From contig CAWGLD010000001.1 in assembly GCA_963823335.1 (NCBI GenBank), forward strand, positions 1,632,001-1,696,000: DNA of 64,000 nucleotides. Direction: 5' to 3'. Shown piece after piece: positions 18,440 through 27,677 of the stretch; the first letter of the stretch is position 1; every line of letters starts with the position of its first letter. The position numbers and the translations under genes are program-made. The stretch comes from an uncultured delta proteobacterium. GTDB taxonomy: Bacteria > Desulfobacterota > Desulfobacteria > Desulfobacterales > B30-G6. The notes below the pieces were generated by a model. The model was not told the origin of the DNA. It made no database searches and was given only the letters and a program-made list of their open reading frames with translations.

Positions 18440-18544
18440 CAGGCTGAGACGACCGGTGCTGTGTGTCGGGTCAATGATGACGGGAAGATGGGTCAATTCT
18501 TTTATAGCAGGAACCGCACTCAGATCAAGGGTGTTTCGGGTCTC
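18440..18544 (-). pseudogene. aroF: Internal fragment of type I-beta DAHP synthase
   Basis: Minus-strand frame reads [35 protein letters not shown]; no start codon and the rest of the gene is absent. Confidence 0.85.
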
Positions 18545-18551
18545 AGGGCCT

Positions 18552-18588
18552 AAAAAAAACCCGAGCGGTCTGAAATGTCCACCCGGGG
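18552..18588 (-). terminator. Attenuator terminator
   Basis: CCCGGGTGG...CCGCTCGGG followed by T8 on the minus strand, just after the leader peptide. Confidence 0.8.
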
Positions 18589-18608
18589 AACGTGATTATC
18601 TGTGGTTG

Positions 18609-18698
18609 TCAGATAAGCGGATGGATGCCTCTAAAGCAGAAAGAGAAGCCCCCAAAATAATAACGTATGGATTGTCTATGGTTTATCGCTGTATTCAT
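18609..18698 (-). CDS. Phe/Tyr-rich attenuator leader peptide (29 aa)
   Basis: MNTAINHRQSIRYYFGGFSFCFRGIHPLI*, with GAGG SD upstream; lies before the terminator and pheA. Confidence 0.8.
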   Translation of the reverse strand: MNTAINHRQSIRYYFGGFSFCFRGIHPLI

Positions 18699-18855
18699 CG
18701 GTGTCCTCATGTGGGCGTGTAGGCATATTTAACCGAGGGATCTTTGTCAAGAGGAAATTATCACTTGACCCTTGCGGGTTTTTTTTAGTATGAATTCCAG
18801 AAGGTTAATGTATGCTGCATAATTCGGTGAAGTTTGAACAAAAAACCAGGAATGA

Positions 18856-19860
18856 GTGGCCTTTATGAAAACTGTAATGATTGTCGACAATGATCCGATC
18901 ATGCTCGAAATTATAGCCAGCCTGTTGAGAGATCATGGTATATTTTTCCGGATCATAAAAGTTGAAAGCAGTGCCAAGGCATTGAAGCTTATCGACAAAG
19001 TAGCGGTTGACCTGGTGATTACCGGTCTTCGGGTACCCGAGGAAAACAGCATCCATTTTATCCAGAAATTGAAAGATTCCTGGCCAGAGATATCACGAGT
19101 GGTTCTGACCGATGTAGTATCACCGACGTTGAAATCAAAAATCGATCAGCTAGGTGTGTCGGCTTATCTGGAAGAGCCTATCAATATGGATTCACTTACC
19201 GAGCTGCTGCTGGATGAGCTAAAGATAGCATATGGCGGTCGCATCCGTGGTATCAGTCTTTCATCGTTCACCCAAATGCTCGAACTGGAAGGGAGTTCTT
19301 GTTTCCTGCGTGTCCGTGGAAATCGCCAAACCGGAGAACTGTTCTTCAGCAAGGGTGAGCTGGTTGCCGCAAAGCTCGGGGGTCTGGAGGGCAAAAAAGC
19401 TGCCATTGACATCCTGGGATGGCCCGAAACCATGATCGATATCGATTTTACACCGTTTGAAAGGGAGCGGGAGATCAATATCCCTCTCATTAATCTTCTG
19501 CTGGAAAGTCACAAGGCCGAGGATGAACGGCAGATTAAAAATGCCGAGATGCGGCATTATCCACGCTACGACTGTCACATCACGGTAGATTTCGATATCA
19601 GTGACTGGTCTTACGAGGGGGTTGTAAAGAATATCAGCTTCGGCGGTGTATATATCGAGACGCACCACCCGGTGACGGTCAGCAGTGAAATTATGTTGGC
19701 CCTGACATCTTTGGATAACTGGAGACACTGTACCATCAAGGGTATGGTTGTTCGAAGGGATTCCCAGGGGATCGGAGTGGTTTTCCAGGGCTTGAGTCTC
19801 TATCAGCAACAGGTTGTCCAATCCTACCTCAAATCGAATTTAAGCAAACAGGGGGCCTAG
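18856..19860 (+). CDS. Receiver-like/DUF4388/PilZ domain protein
   Basis: N-terminal MIVDND REC fold; central GISLSSFTQMLELE...GELFFSKG; C-terminal RHYPR...NISFGG. Confidence 0.85.
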   Translation: MAFMKTVMIVDNDPIMLEIIASLLRDHGIFFRIIKVESSAKALKLIDKVAVDLVITGLRVPEENSIHFIQKLKDSWPEISRVVLTDVVSPTLKSKIDQLGVSAYLEEPINMDSLTELLLDELKIAYGGRIRGISLSSFTQMLELEGSSCFLRVRGNRQTGELFFSKGELVAAKLGGLEGKKAAIDILGWPETMIDIDFTPFEREREINIPLINLLLESHKAEDERQIKNAEMRHYPRYDCHITVDFDISDWSYEGVVKNISFGGVYIETHHPVTVSSEIMLALTSLDNWRHCTIKGMVVRRDSQGIGVVFQGLSLYQQQVVQSYLKSNLSKQGA

Positions 19861-19902
19861 TCGTTTCAGAACCTCAGGTGGCATTCTAGGTTTAATCCTT
19901 AC

Positions 19903-20058
19903 ATGTTCCGGACTGATGAATGGGGAGACGGAAACTACAGTAGAGAACTATCCGAAACTCCCTTTGGGAAATGGACCATGGTCATGGTGGTGCTGCATCC
20001 AAATGGCGACCCCAAGGACATGGACAACATGGTGGGTGCTTTGAAGGCTTCATTGTAG
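19903..20058 (+). pseudogene. Short ORF or possible C-terminal gene remnant (51 aa)
   Basis: MFRTDEWGDGNYSRELSETPFGKWTMVMVVLHPNGDPKDMDNMVGALKASL* reads protein-like, but has no clear RBS. Confidence 0.3.
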
Positions 20059-20171
20059 TGTATTACGGGAGCAATCTGCCCTCTTGTTTGAACGGGGGCA
20101 GGTTGTCGAGCACTTTATCAAAAGATTACATAGTGATTTGGATCATGCCATTGCAGAGGAGAGGACACAAT

Positions 20172-20939
20172 ATGAATAGGCCTAAACAACATTTGAACAC
20201 CGGAATATATACCTGCTGGATTCTGGTCATTGGATGGATCTTAATGTTGCCTGTCGCTACATGGTCGGCGGAAGATCATCAAATTTTTGGTGAGCTTCTG
20301 ACAAAATACAACCAGGAAGGTCATGTGGATTATGCGGGATTGAAAAGGCAAGAAGCCCGTCTTGATATTTATCTGGAGGAACTGGCTGGAAGCGATCCGG
20401 ATTCACTTCCCCGCAACGAACGGTTCGCATTTTATGTAAACGCCTACAATGCCTGGACAATCAAGCTCGTTCTTTCCGGATATCCGGGTATTGAGTCCAT
20501 AAAAAATCTTGGAAGCCTGTTTAAAAGCCCTTGGAAGCAAAAAATTGTCAATTTAGGAGGAATACTAACAACCCTGGACCATATCGAACACGATATTCTT
20601 CGCCCGGAGTTTAAAGACCCAAGGGTCCATTTTGCCATCAATTGCGCCTCCAAAGGATGTCCCCCATTGTATCGGGAACCGTTTTCCGGCAGTCGATTGG
20701 ATATGCAGCTGAACGAAGTAACCCGGCATTTTATCAATAATCCAGAATTTAATCGCCTGGAAGGAAACACATTATACGTCAGTAGCATCTTTAAATGGTT
20801 CAGTGAAGATTTCAACGACGACATCGTTGGTTTTTTTGAAAAATACGCATCCAACGAACTAAAGAGTGACATCATTGCCCGCAAACCATCTCTTAAACTA
20901 AAATATCTGGACTATGATTGGTCCCTGAACGGAAGCTGA
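20172..20939 (+). CDS. DUF547 domain secreted protein
   Basis: VDYAGL, AFYVNAYNA, LDHIEH, DPRVHFAINCASKGCP, YDWSLN; GAGGA RBS before ATG 20172. Confidence 0.9.
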   Translation: MNRPKQHLNTGIYTCWILVIGWILMLPVATWSAEDHQIFGELLTKYNQEGHVDYAGLKRQEARLDIYLEELAGSDPDSLPRNERFAFYVNAYNAWTIKLVLSGYPGIESIKNLGSLFKSPWKQKIVNLGGILTTLDHIEHDILRPEFKDPRVHFAINCASKGCPPLYREPFSGSRLDMQLNEVTRHFINNPEFNRLEGNTLYVSSIFKWFSEDFNDDIVGFFEKYASNELKSDIIARKPSLKLKYLDYDWSLNGS

Positions 20940-21052
20940 TATTTTTTATCCTCCCCGTTTCCATACGATTAAACACTGACGACTTGCAAAATGGGGTTAT
21001 TTTGGTATTTTAATGGAGTCGTATAACGATCTTATAAAGGTATCATCATAAA

Positions 21053-21181
21053 TTCTTCAATGCAAAAGGGGGCTGGCAGATTCGTCCGGAACACTGGAGC
21101 ACCAATCCAGGCAAGTCCCAGGAGATCAAAGAAGCTTTTGACCATTTTTACCGATGTCTTTCGGACATGCCGCCAAGAACG
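21053..21181 (+). pseudogene. Fragment of an ECF sigma factor
   Basis: FFNAKGGWQIRPEHWSTNPGKSQEIKEAFDHFYRCLSDMPPRT resembles the linker and region-4 start of ECF sigmas; in-frame stop just upstream. Confidence 0.6.
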
Positions 21182-21187
21182 GTGATC

Positions 21188-22069
21188 TTATTTGGGGAGA
21201 TTCTTGGCGTTCTTGGCATTCCGGCCCAGGATGACCATCAGAATGCCACCCAGCGTCAGCAGGGCAGAGAGTGTCAAACGCAGGTTTATCTGCTCTGAAA
21301 CGAACACAACGCCCCCGAAACCAGCGATGACAGGCACCGACAGTTGGACAACAGCGGCCTGCGTTGCGGAGATCCCCCGAAGCGCCATATACCATAGGGT
21401 GTAACCAATTCCGGATGTAATGCCGCCGGATATGGCTGCCAGAACGATTCCCTCGCCAGAGATGTGCATGTTGTGAAAAAAGAACAGACCCAGGGTCATC
21501 GCCAACGGAACTGAACGCAGAAAGTTGTAGCTTGTATCAGACAAGGGGTTTGTCGAAGCCCTGCCTTTCAGTGTGTAGAGACCCCAGGCAACGCCGGCCA
21601 ATGCCATCAGAGAAAAACCGCTAATGGAAGGCGCCGTGACACCGGGCAGGACAAGATATACAATACCGGAGAACGCGGTGGCGACACCCATCCATTCGAT
21701 TGGAAGCAGTCTGTTTCCTGAAAGAAAAGACTTGAAGATCATCGTTATTTGTACGGAGCCGAATAAAATCAGTGCGCCTGTTCCTGTGTTGAGGGTCAAA
21801 TAGGCAAATGAAAATGCAACGGCATATAGAAACAACATTAAGGCTGCCGACCAACTGCCTCTGCTGGTGGTGTTATTGTTGCCGCTTAATTTTAATATGC
21901 ATAGCAGAACAAGGGCACCGGACAACAGCCGGATGGACGTAAAGCCGGCCGCATCGATAACCTTGCCCCCCAGTGCCAGTCTGCACAGCACGGAGTTGGC
22001 GGCAAAGGCAATCAGTGCCAGGGTTGTTAGGGCTATTGGCTTGGCGACATGCATTCCACTTTCAGACAT
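21188..22069 (-). CDS. DMT/EamA family transporter
   Basis: AFAANSVLCRLAL, about 10 TM segments. Confidence 0.9.
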   Translation of the reverse strand: MSESGMHVAKPIALTTLALIAFAANSVLCRLALGGKVIDAAGFTSIRLLSGALVLLCILKLSGNNNTTSRGSWSAALMLFLYAVAFSFAYLTLNTGTGALILFGSVQITMIFKSFLSGNRLLPIEWMGVATAFSGIVYLVLPGVTAPSISGFSLMALAGVAWGLYTLKGRASTNPLSDTSYNFLRSVPLAMTLGLFFFHNMHISGEGIVLAAISGGITSGIGYTLWYMALRGISATQAAVVQLSVPVIAGFGGVVFVSEQINLRLTLSALLTLGGILMVILGRNAKNAKNLPK

Positions 22070-22112
22070 CTGAGGGTTTCCTTATGTAAGGTCTCCGAGT
22101 TGAAAGGACATT

Positions 22113-23543
22113 CTATTTTCTGCGCCGGGGCTTGTAGAAGTGGGTAGCGGTATTGAAAAAGAGGTCTGCCGCTTCCATGACGGTTTCCGTCAGTGTGGGA
22201 TGCGGATGTATGGATAGTTTGAGATCTGTTGCATTGGCCCCCATTTCGATGGCCAGCACACCCTCGGCGATCATTTCGCTTGCTCCGGGGCCGGCAATGC
22301 CCACGCCCAGGATGCGTTCCGTCTGGGGCTGGATGATCAGCTTGGTCAGACCGTCGGTACGGTCGATGGCTATGGCGCGGCCGGATGCTGCCCAGGGAAA
22401 TCGGGTTACCTGAAAATCGATCCCACTTTCCCGGGCCTCTTTTTCGGTCCAACCGGCCCAGGCGATTTCCGGATCGGTAAACACCACCGCTGGTATCGCT
22501 GCAGGGTCAAAGGCTGTCTTCTTGCCGGAGATAACCTCCACGGCCGCACGGCCTTGATGGGAAGCCTTATGGGCCAGCATGGGCTCGTTGGCCACATCCC
22601 CAATAGCGAAAATATGCGGGGACGTTGTGCGGCACTGGGCATCGATCTTGATGAAAGCCTTGTCATCGGTTTCGATACCTGCCTTGGCAAGACCGATACT
22701 TTCGGAATTGGGCCGACGCCCGACGGCGACAAGAATCTTGCTGAAGAGACGAGTTTGTGATTCATCGCCCGGTCCGGTCAAGGTCACCTGGATACCATTC
22801 TTCTTAACATTGAAACTGTGCGCCCGGGTTTCCAGAGCGATGGTTTCGAACAATGGATCCAGGCGTCGCTTTAATATGCTTACCAGGTCTTTGTCGACGC
22901 CCGGCAGCAGACTTGAGGTGATCTCTGCCACCGTTACCCGCGATCCCAAGGAGGCATAGACCGTCCCCAGTTCGAGACCGATATAGCCCCCACCGACCAC
23001 CAGCAGGGTCTCTGGAATATCTGCAAGTTCAAGGGCACGCCTTGAATCCAGAATGTTGGGGCTGTCCAACCACAGACCGTCTGGCTTGGTTGAAACAGAC
23101 CCTGTGGCGACAATGGCATGTTTGAAGGCGCAGACAATGGTCTTGTCCGTATCGGTTTGAATGGTGAGTTCGTGATCATTTTTGAACTGTGCCATCCCTT
23201 GGATATAATTGATCTTACGCTGGGAAGACAGGCGGCCGAGTCCATCCGTCAGTTTGCCGACCACCTTGTTTTTCCAGGACCGAAGTTTGTCGATATCGAT
23301 TGTCGGTGTTGAAAACAGCACGCCCCATTTCTCGGATTCGGATGCTTCATGTATCACCCTGGCAGCATTCAGATATGTTTTCGAAGGGATACATCCCCGG
23401 TAGAGGCAAACGCCGCCAGGATTCTTATTGGGATCGATCAACACGACATCCATCCCCAGATCGGCCGCCAGAAATGCTGCTGCGTAGCCGCCTGGCCCGG
23501 CGCCCAACACCGCAATCTCCGTGTTTATGTCTTTATCAGGCAT
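22113..23543 (-). CDS. lpdA: Dihydrolipoyl dehydrogenase (E3)
   Basis: GAGPGGY, GGVCLYRGCIPSK, HPHPTLTE. Confidence 0.97.
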   Translation of the reverse strand: MPDKDINTEIAVLGAGPGGYAAAFLAADLGMDVVLIDPNKNPGGVCLYRGCIPSKTYLNAARVIHEASESEKWGVLFSTPTIDIDKLRSWKNKVVGKLTDGLGRLSSQRKINYIQGMAQFKNDHELTIQTDTDKTIVCAFKHAIVATGSVSTKPDGLWLDSPNILDSRRALELADIPETLLVVGGGYIGLELGTVYASLGSRVTVAEITSSLLPGVDKDLVSILKRRLDPLFETIALETRAHSFNVKKNGIQVTLTGPGDESQTRLFSKILVAVGRRPNSESIGLAKAGIETDDKAFIKIDAQCRTTSPHIFAIGDVANEPMLAHKASHQGRAAVEVISGKKTAFDPAAIPAVVFTDPEIAWAGWTEKEARESGIDFQVTRFPWAASGRAIAIDRTDGLTKLIIQPQTERILGVGIAGPGASEMIAEGVLAIEMGANATDLKLSIHPHPTLTETVMEAADLFFNTATHFYKPRRRK

Positions 23544-23565
23544 GATAAGATCTCCCAGGTTTCGG

Positions 23566-24954
23566 CTAAAGATGCATATTCAGTGGATGTTCCAGTGCCT
23601 CGCAGAGCCATCGTAAAAACCGTGCTGCATTCGCACCATCATTGATGCGGTGATCGTAAGAGAGCGCTAACGGCAGCAGCGTGCCCGGAATCCATTTTTC
23701 ATCGACGTAGAGCGGTTCGGTTGCAGCCCGGCCGACACCCAGGATGGCTGCCTGGGGCCAGTACACGATGGGGGTAAAGTGGGCGCCGCCGATTGCGCCT
23801 TGATTGGAAAGGGTAAAGGTACCGCCTTCCATCTCATCGGGTTGGAGTCGTTTACGGCGCGCGCGGTCGGCCAAGGCAACAATTTCAAGAGAAATTTCCG
23901 TGATTGATTTTCGGTCGACATCTCGAATGACCGGAACCAGCAGGCCTCGCTCGGTGTCCACTGCAATCCCCACGTGGATGTATTGTTTCAAAATAATTTG
24001 TTGTTTCTGCATGTCGAGACTGGCATTGAAACTTGGGAAGCGTTTCAGGCCCTCGGCCATGACCTTCAGAAGTATGGCGGTAACGGTCAGTTTTGACCCT
24101 GATTTTGCCATTTTGCGGTTGACCGTTTCGATCCAGTTCTCCAACTGGGATATGTTCGCACTGTCGAACTGGGTAACCTGTGGGACAGTTCTCCAGGAGC
24201 GCGCCATGCTTTCGGCGGTGATACGGCGCACGCTGGTTATGTCCTTCGTTTCTACCGATCCCCAACGGGTGAAATCAGGCAGAGCAGGATCTGTCCCGGT
24301 ATCCGTACCGGAAACTGCCCGGGGTCCGGGGCCGCTCGTTCGGGTATCTTGAATGTACTTTTTGACATCTTCTTCAGAGATTCGTCCACCCGGACCCGTA
24401 CCATCGATTGCGTGAATTTCCACCCCAAGCTCACGGGCGAGACGTCTCACCGAAGGCGCTGCGGGAGCCGGTGGTCCTCCCTTGCGGGTTTGTTTCGAAT
24501 CGTGCGTCTCAATTTCGACAGCTTTCTCTTCTGACGGGTCTTTCTCGTACTGGGTATCTGAGGAAGGCCTGTTTTCCTTCTCGATATCTCCGGCATCAGA
24601 TCCATCTGCAGATCGGGGTTCCGAATCTGTTTTCTGATCTTTTTGGTTCTCCTTTACCACTTGGGCGTATTCGACATGACCGGTCGCCTCACTTTCAGGG
24701 GTTTCCGTATCCTCATCTGCGGTATCCAGCGTTGCAATAACGTCACCGATTTTTATTTCATCGCCCTCATTAACCCGTATTTCCACGATGTTGCCTCTGG
24801 CAGGCGAGGGGATTTCCACCACCGCCTTTTCTGTTTCAAATTCGATGATGCCGTCATCTTTTTCCACCAGGTCGCCTTGGGATACGAGAATGCCAACCAC
24901 AATACCCGACACGACATTTTCACCGATATCTGGAACCGTTATCTTTTCAATCAT
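23566..24954 (-). CDS. aceF: Dihydrolipoamide acetyltransferase (E2)
   Basis: One lipoyl domain (ETEKA), E3-binding PSVRRLARELG, catalytic YDHRINDG. Confidence 0.93.
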   Translation of the reverse strand: MIEKITVPDIGENVVSGIVVGILVSQGDLVEKDDGIIEFETEKAVVEIPSPARGNIVEIRVNEGDEIKIGDVIATLDTADEDTETPESEATGHVEYAQVVKENQKDQKTDSEPRSADGSDAGDIEKENRPSSDTQYEKDPSEEKAVEIETHDSKQTRKGGPPAPAAPSVRRLARELGVEIHAIDGTGPGGRISEEDVKKYIQDTRTSGPGPRAVSGTDTGTDPALPDFTRWGSVETKDITSVRRITAESMARSWRTVPQVTQFDSANISQLENWIETVNRKMAKSGSKLTVTAILLKVMAEGLKRFPSFNASLDMQKQQIILKQYIHVGIAVDTERGLLVPVIRDVDRKSITEISLEIVALADRARRKRLQPDEMEGGTFTLSNQGAIGGAHFTPIVYWPQAAILGVGRAATEPLYVDEKWIPGTLLPLALSYDHRINDGANAARFLRWLCEALEHPLNMHL

Positions 24955-24968
24955 CTGCCTACCTCATC

Positions 24969-27647
24969 TTATGAAAAATAGGGGTTACTCTGTTCAGGAT
25001 CGATTTCGAGAACCTGGCGTGCCTTTTTTACAACCGACATGGGGACCTGCTTTTCCCGGGCCATTGCAGAAAGTGCGGCAAAGACGATATGGTGTGCATC
25101 CACCTCAAAATAATTCCGTAGAGCCGCACGCGTGTCGCTCCGGCCGTATCCATCTGTTCCCAGGCTGATCAGCCGGCCGGGTATCCAACTCGCAATCGAT
25201 TCCGGCAGTACCTTGAGATAGTCCGAAGCAGCGATAAACACACCTTTTTCATTCTGTAACAATCGAGCAATATAGGGCAGTTCCGGCTTCTTTTCAGGAA
25301 AGAGCATGTTTTTTCGGGCCGTATCCATGACGTCGACATAGAGATTTTTATAGCTTGTAACGCTCCAGATGTCCGCGGCTAGACCGTATTCATTTTCCAA
25401 TATCGTTTGCGCTTTCATGACTTCATTGAGAATAGATCCGCTGCCTAAGAGATGCAGCTTTGTTTTGGATGTCTTGACATTGGATTTGCGGAAGCGGTAC
25501 ATGCCTTTTATAATGCCTTCTTGCGCATGCTCGGGCATTGCCGGCATCTGATAGAACTCGTTCATCATGGTCAGGTAGTAAATGATATTTTCGCCTGCTT
25601 CGAGCATTCGTCGAAGCCCCTCCCGAACGATCACGGCAATTTCAAAGGCAAAGGCAGGATCATATGCAACAACAGAGGGATTGGCATATGCGAGCATGTG
25701 GCTGTGACCGTCCTGGTGTTGCAATCCTTCACCGGCCAGGGTGGTTCTTCCCGCGGTTCCACCCAACAAAAAGCCACGAGCCTGACTGTCACCGGCCGCC
25801 CATATCAGGTCCCCGATACGCTGGAAACCGAACATAGAATAGAATAGGAAGAAGGGTATCATATTCACGCCAAAACTGGAGTAAGCGGTTCCGGCGGCGA
25901 TGAACGATGACATGGAACCGGCTTCGGTGATTCCCTCCTCCAATATCTGTCCATCCTTGATCTCTTTGTAATAGAGCAGGCTTTCTTTATCTACGGGTTC
26001 GTATACCTGTCCGACACTGCTGTAAATGCCTACCTTTCGAAAAAGCGCCTCCATGCCAAAGGTACGGGCCTCGTCAGGGACGATGGGTACAATATATTTG
26101 CCAAGTTTCTTGTCCGCCAGGAGTTTTCCCAGGAGGCGAACCATGACCATGGTGGTGGCGACCTCACGATCGTCGCTACCCTTCAGAAATTCAGCATACA
26201 GATCATCGCCGGGGGGCCGAAAGGCCGGTACGGAAACATATCGGGCTGGCATATACCCTCCAAGTTCCGCTCTGCGTTCCCTGAGGTATGTCATTTCCAC
26301 ACTGTCCTGGGCGGGTAGATAAAAGGGTGCATCCATGACGTCGGCATCCGCTATGGGGATATCGAAGCGGCTGCGAAAATGGCGCAATTCATGTTCGTTC
26401 AGTTTTTTCTGCTGATGGGTAACGTTACGTCCCTCGCCTGCTTCCCCCAGGCCATAGCCTTTAATGGTTTTGGCTAGAATGACGGTGGGTGAACCTGTCT
26501 TTTCCATGGCGCGCTTATAGGCTGAATAGACTTTAAGCGGGTCATGCCCGCCCCTGCGTAATTTCCTGATCTGCTCATTCGAATAGCGGGCGACCATCTG
26601 CTCGAGTTCGGGATGTTTGCCGAAAAAATCCTGACGGATAAAGTCACCATCTGAAATGGAGTAAAGCTGGTATTGTCCGTCGGGTACCTCCTGCATCCTT
26701 TTTACCAGCAGCCCGTTTTTATCCATTTTCAGCAGAGGGTCCCAGTCATCACCCCAGATTACCTTGATGGCATTCCATCCGGCTCCGCGAAATGCGGCTT
26801 CAAGTTCCTGAATTATTTTTCCGTTGCCGCGAACCGGCCCATCGAGCCGCTGCAGGTTGCAGTTGACCACGAAAACCAGGTTGTCGAGTTGTTCTCTTGC
26901 CGCCAGTGTGATGGCTCCGAGTGATTCGGGTTCATCCACCTCACCATCCCCTAAAAAGGCCCAGACTTTCTGGTCGCTCGCATTTTTAATGCCCCGGTTT
27001 TCAAGATAGCGGATAAAGCGGGCCTGATAAATGGCCATGATGGGGCCAAGCCCCATGGATACCGTGGGGAATTGCCAGAATTCGGGCAATAGATAGGGAT
27101 GCGGGTAGGAAGGCAATCCGCCCCCGGGCTGAAGTTCCTGTCTGAAATTCTCGATCTGTTTTTGGGACAGGCGGCCTTCCAGAAAAGCGCGGGCATATAT
27201 GCCCGGTGCGGCATGACCTTGAAAATAGGCGATGTCGCCTTCCTGCTGATAGGTTTTTGCGCGATAAAAATGGTTGAAAAAAATTTCATACAGGGTGGCG
27301 CTGGAAGCATAGGTCGAAATATGACCCCCCAGACCGTCATGCTTTCGGTTGGCCCGCACCACCATGGCCATGGCATTCCAGCGGATAATGCTCTTGATCC
27401 GTCGTTCTATGTCGCGGTCACCGGGAAACGCCGGCTGCTCCTCCAGCGGGATGGTATTGATATAGGGCGTGTTGGCTGTAAACGGGAGATGAATCCCTTT
27501 TGCCTGGGCACTGACCTGGAGGCGCTGCAACAAAGCGATGACCCGATCAGGGCCTTGATTCTCATAAACATAATCGAGAGATTCCAACCACTCCCGGTTT
27601 TCGTTTTCGATGTCCTCTCTTGAAATCCGATCCTTTGAATCGCTCAT
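24969..27647 (-). CDS. aceE: Pyruvate dehydrogenase E1, homodimeric type
   Basis: GGHISTYAS, SYPHP, GDGEVDEPES, EEGITEAG, GEGLQHQDG. Confidence 0.97.
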   Translation of the reverse strand: MSDSKDRISREDIENENREWLESLDYVYENQGPDRVIALLQRLQVSAQAKGIHLPFTANTPYINTIPLEEQPAFPGDRDIERRIKSIIRWNAMAMVVRANRKHDGLGGHISTYASSATLYEIFFNHFYRAKTYQQEGDIAYFQGHAAPGIYARAFLEGRLSQKQIENFRQELQPGGGLPSYPHPYLLPEFWQFPTVSMGLGPIMAIYQARFIRYLENRGIKNASDQKVWAFLGDGEVDEPESLGAITLAAREQLDNLVFVVNCNLQRLDGPVRGNGKIIQELEAAFRGAGWNAIKVIWGDDWDPLLKMDKNGLLVKRMQEVPDGQYQLYSISDGDFIRQDFFGKHPELEQMVARYSNEQIRKLRRGGHDPLKVYSAYKRAMEKTGSPTVILAKTIKGYGLGEAGEGRNVTHQQKKLNEHELRHFRSRFDIPIADADVMDAPFYLPAQDSVEMTYLRERRAELGGYMPARYVSVPAFRPPGDDLYAEFLKGSDDREVATTMVMVRLLGKLLADKKLGKYIVPIVPDEARTFGMEALFRKVGIYSSVGQVYEPVDKESLLYYKEIKDGQILEEGITEAGSMSSFIAAGTAYSSFGVNMIPFFLFYSMFGFQRIGDLIWAAGDSQARGFLLGGTAGRTTLAGEGLQHQDGHSHMLAYANPSVVAYDPAFAFEIAVIVREGLRRMLEAGENIIYYLTMMNEFYQMPAMPEHAQEGIIKGMYRFRKSNVKTSKTKLHLLGSGSILNEVMKAQTILENEYGLAADIWSVTSYKNLYVDVMDTARKNMLFPEKKPELPYIARLLQNEKGVFIAASDYLKVLPESIASWIPGRLISLGTDGYGRSDTRAALRNYFEVDAHHIVFAALSAMAREKQVPMSVVKKARQVLEIDPEQSNPYFS

Positions 27648-27677
27648 TGTTCAAGTCTCTCCACCATCTGAAAGGGG

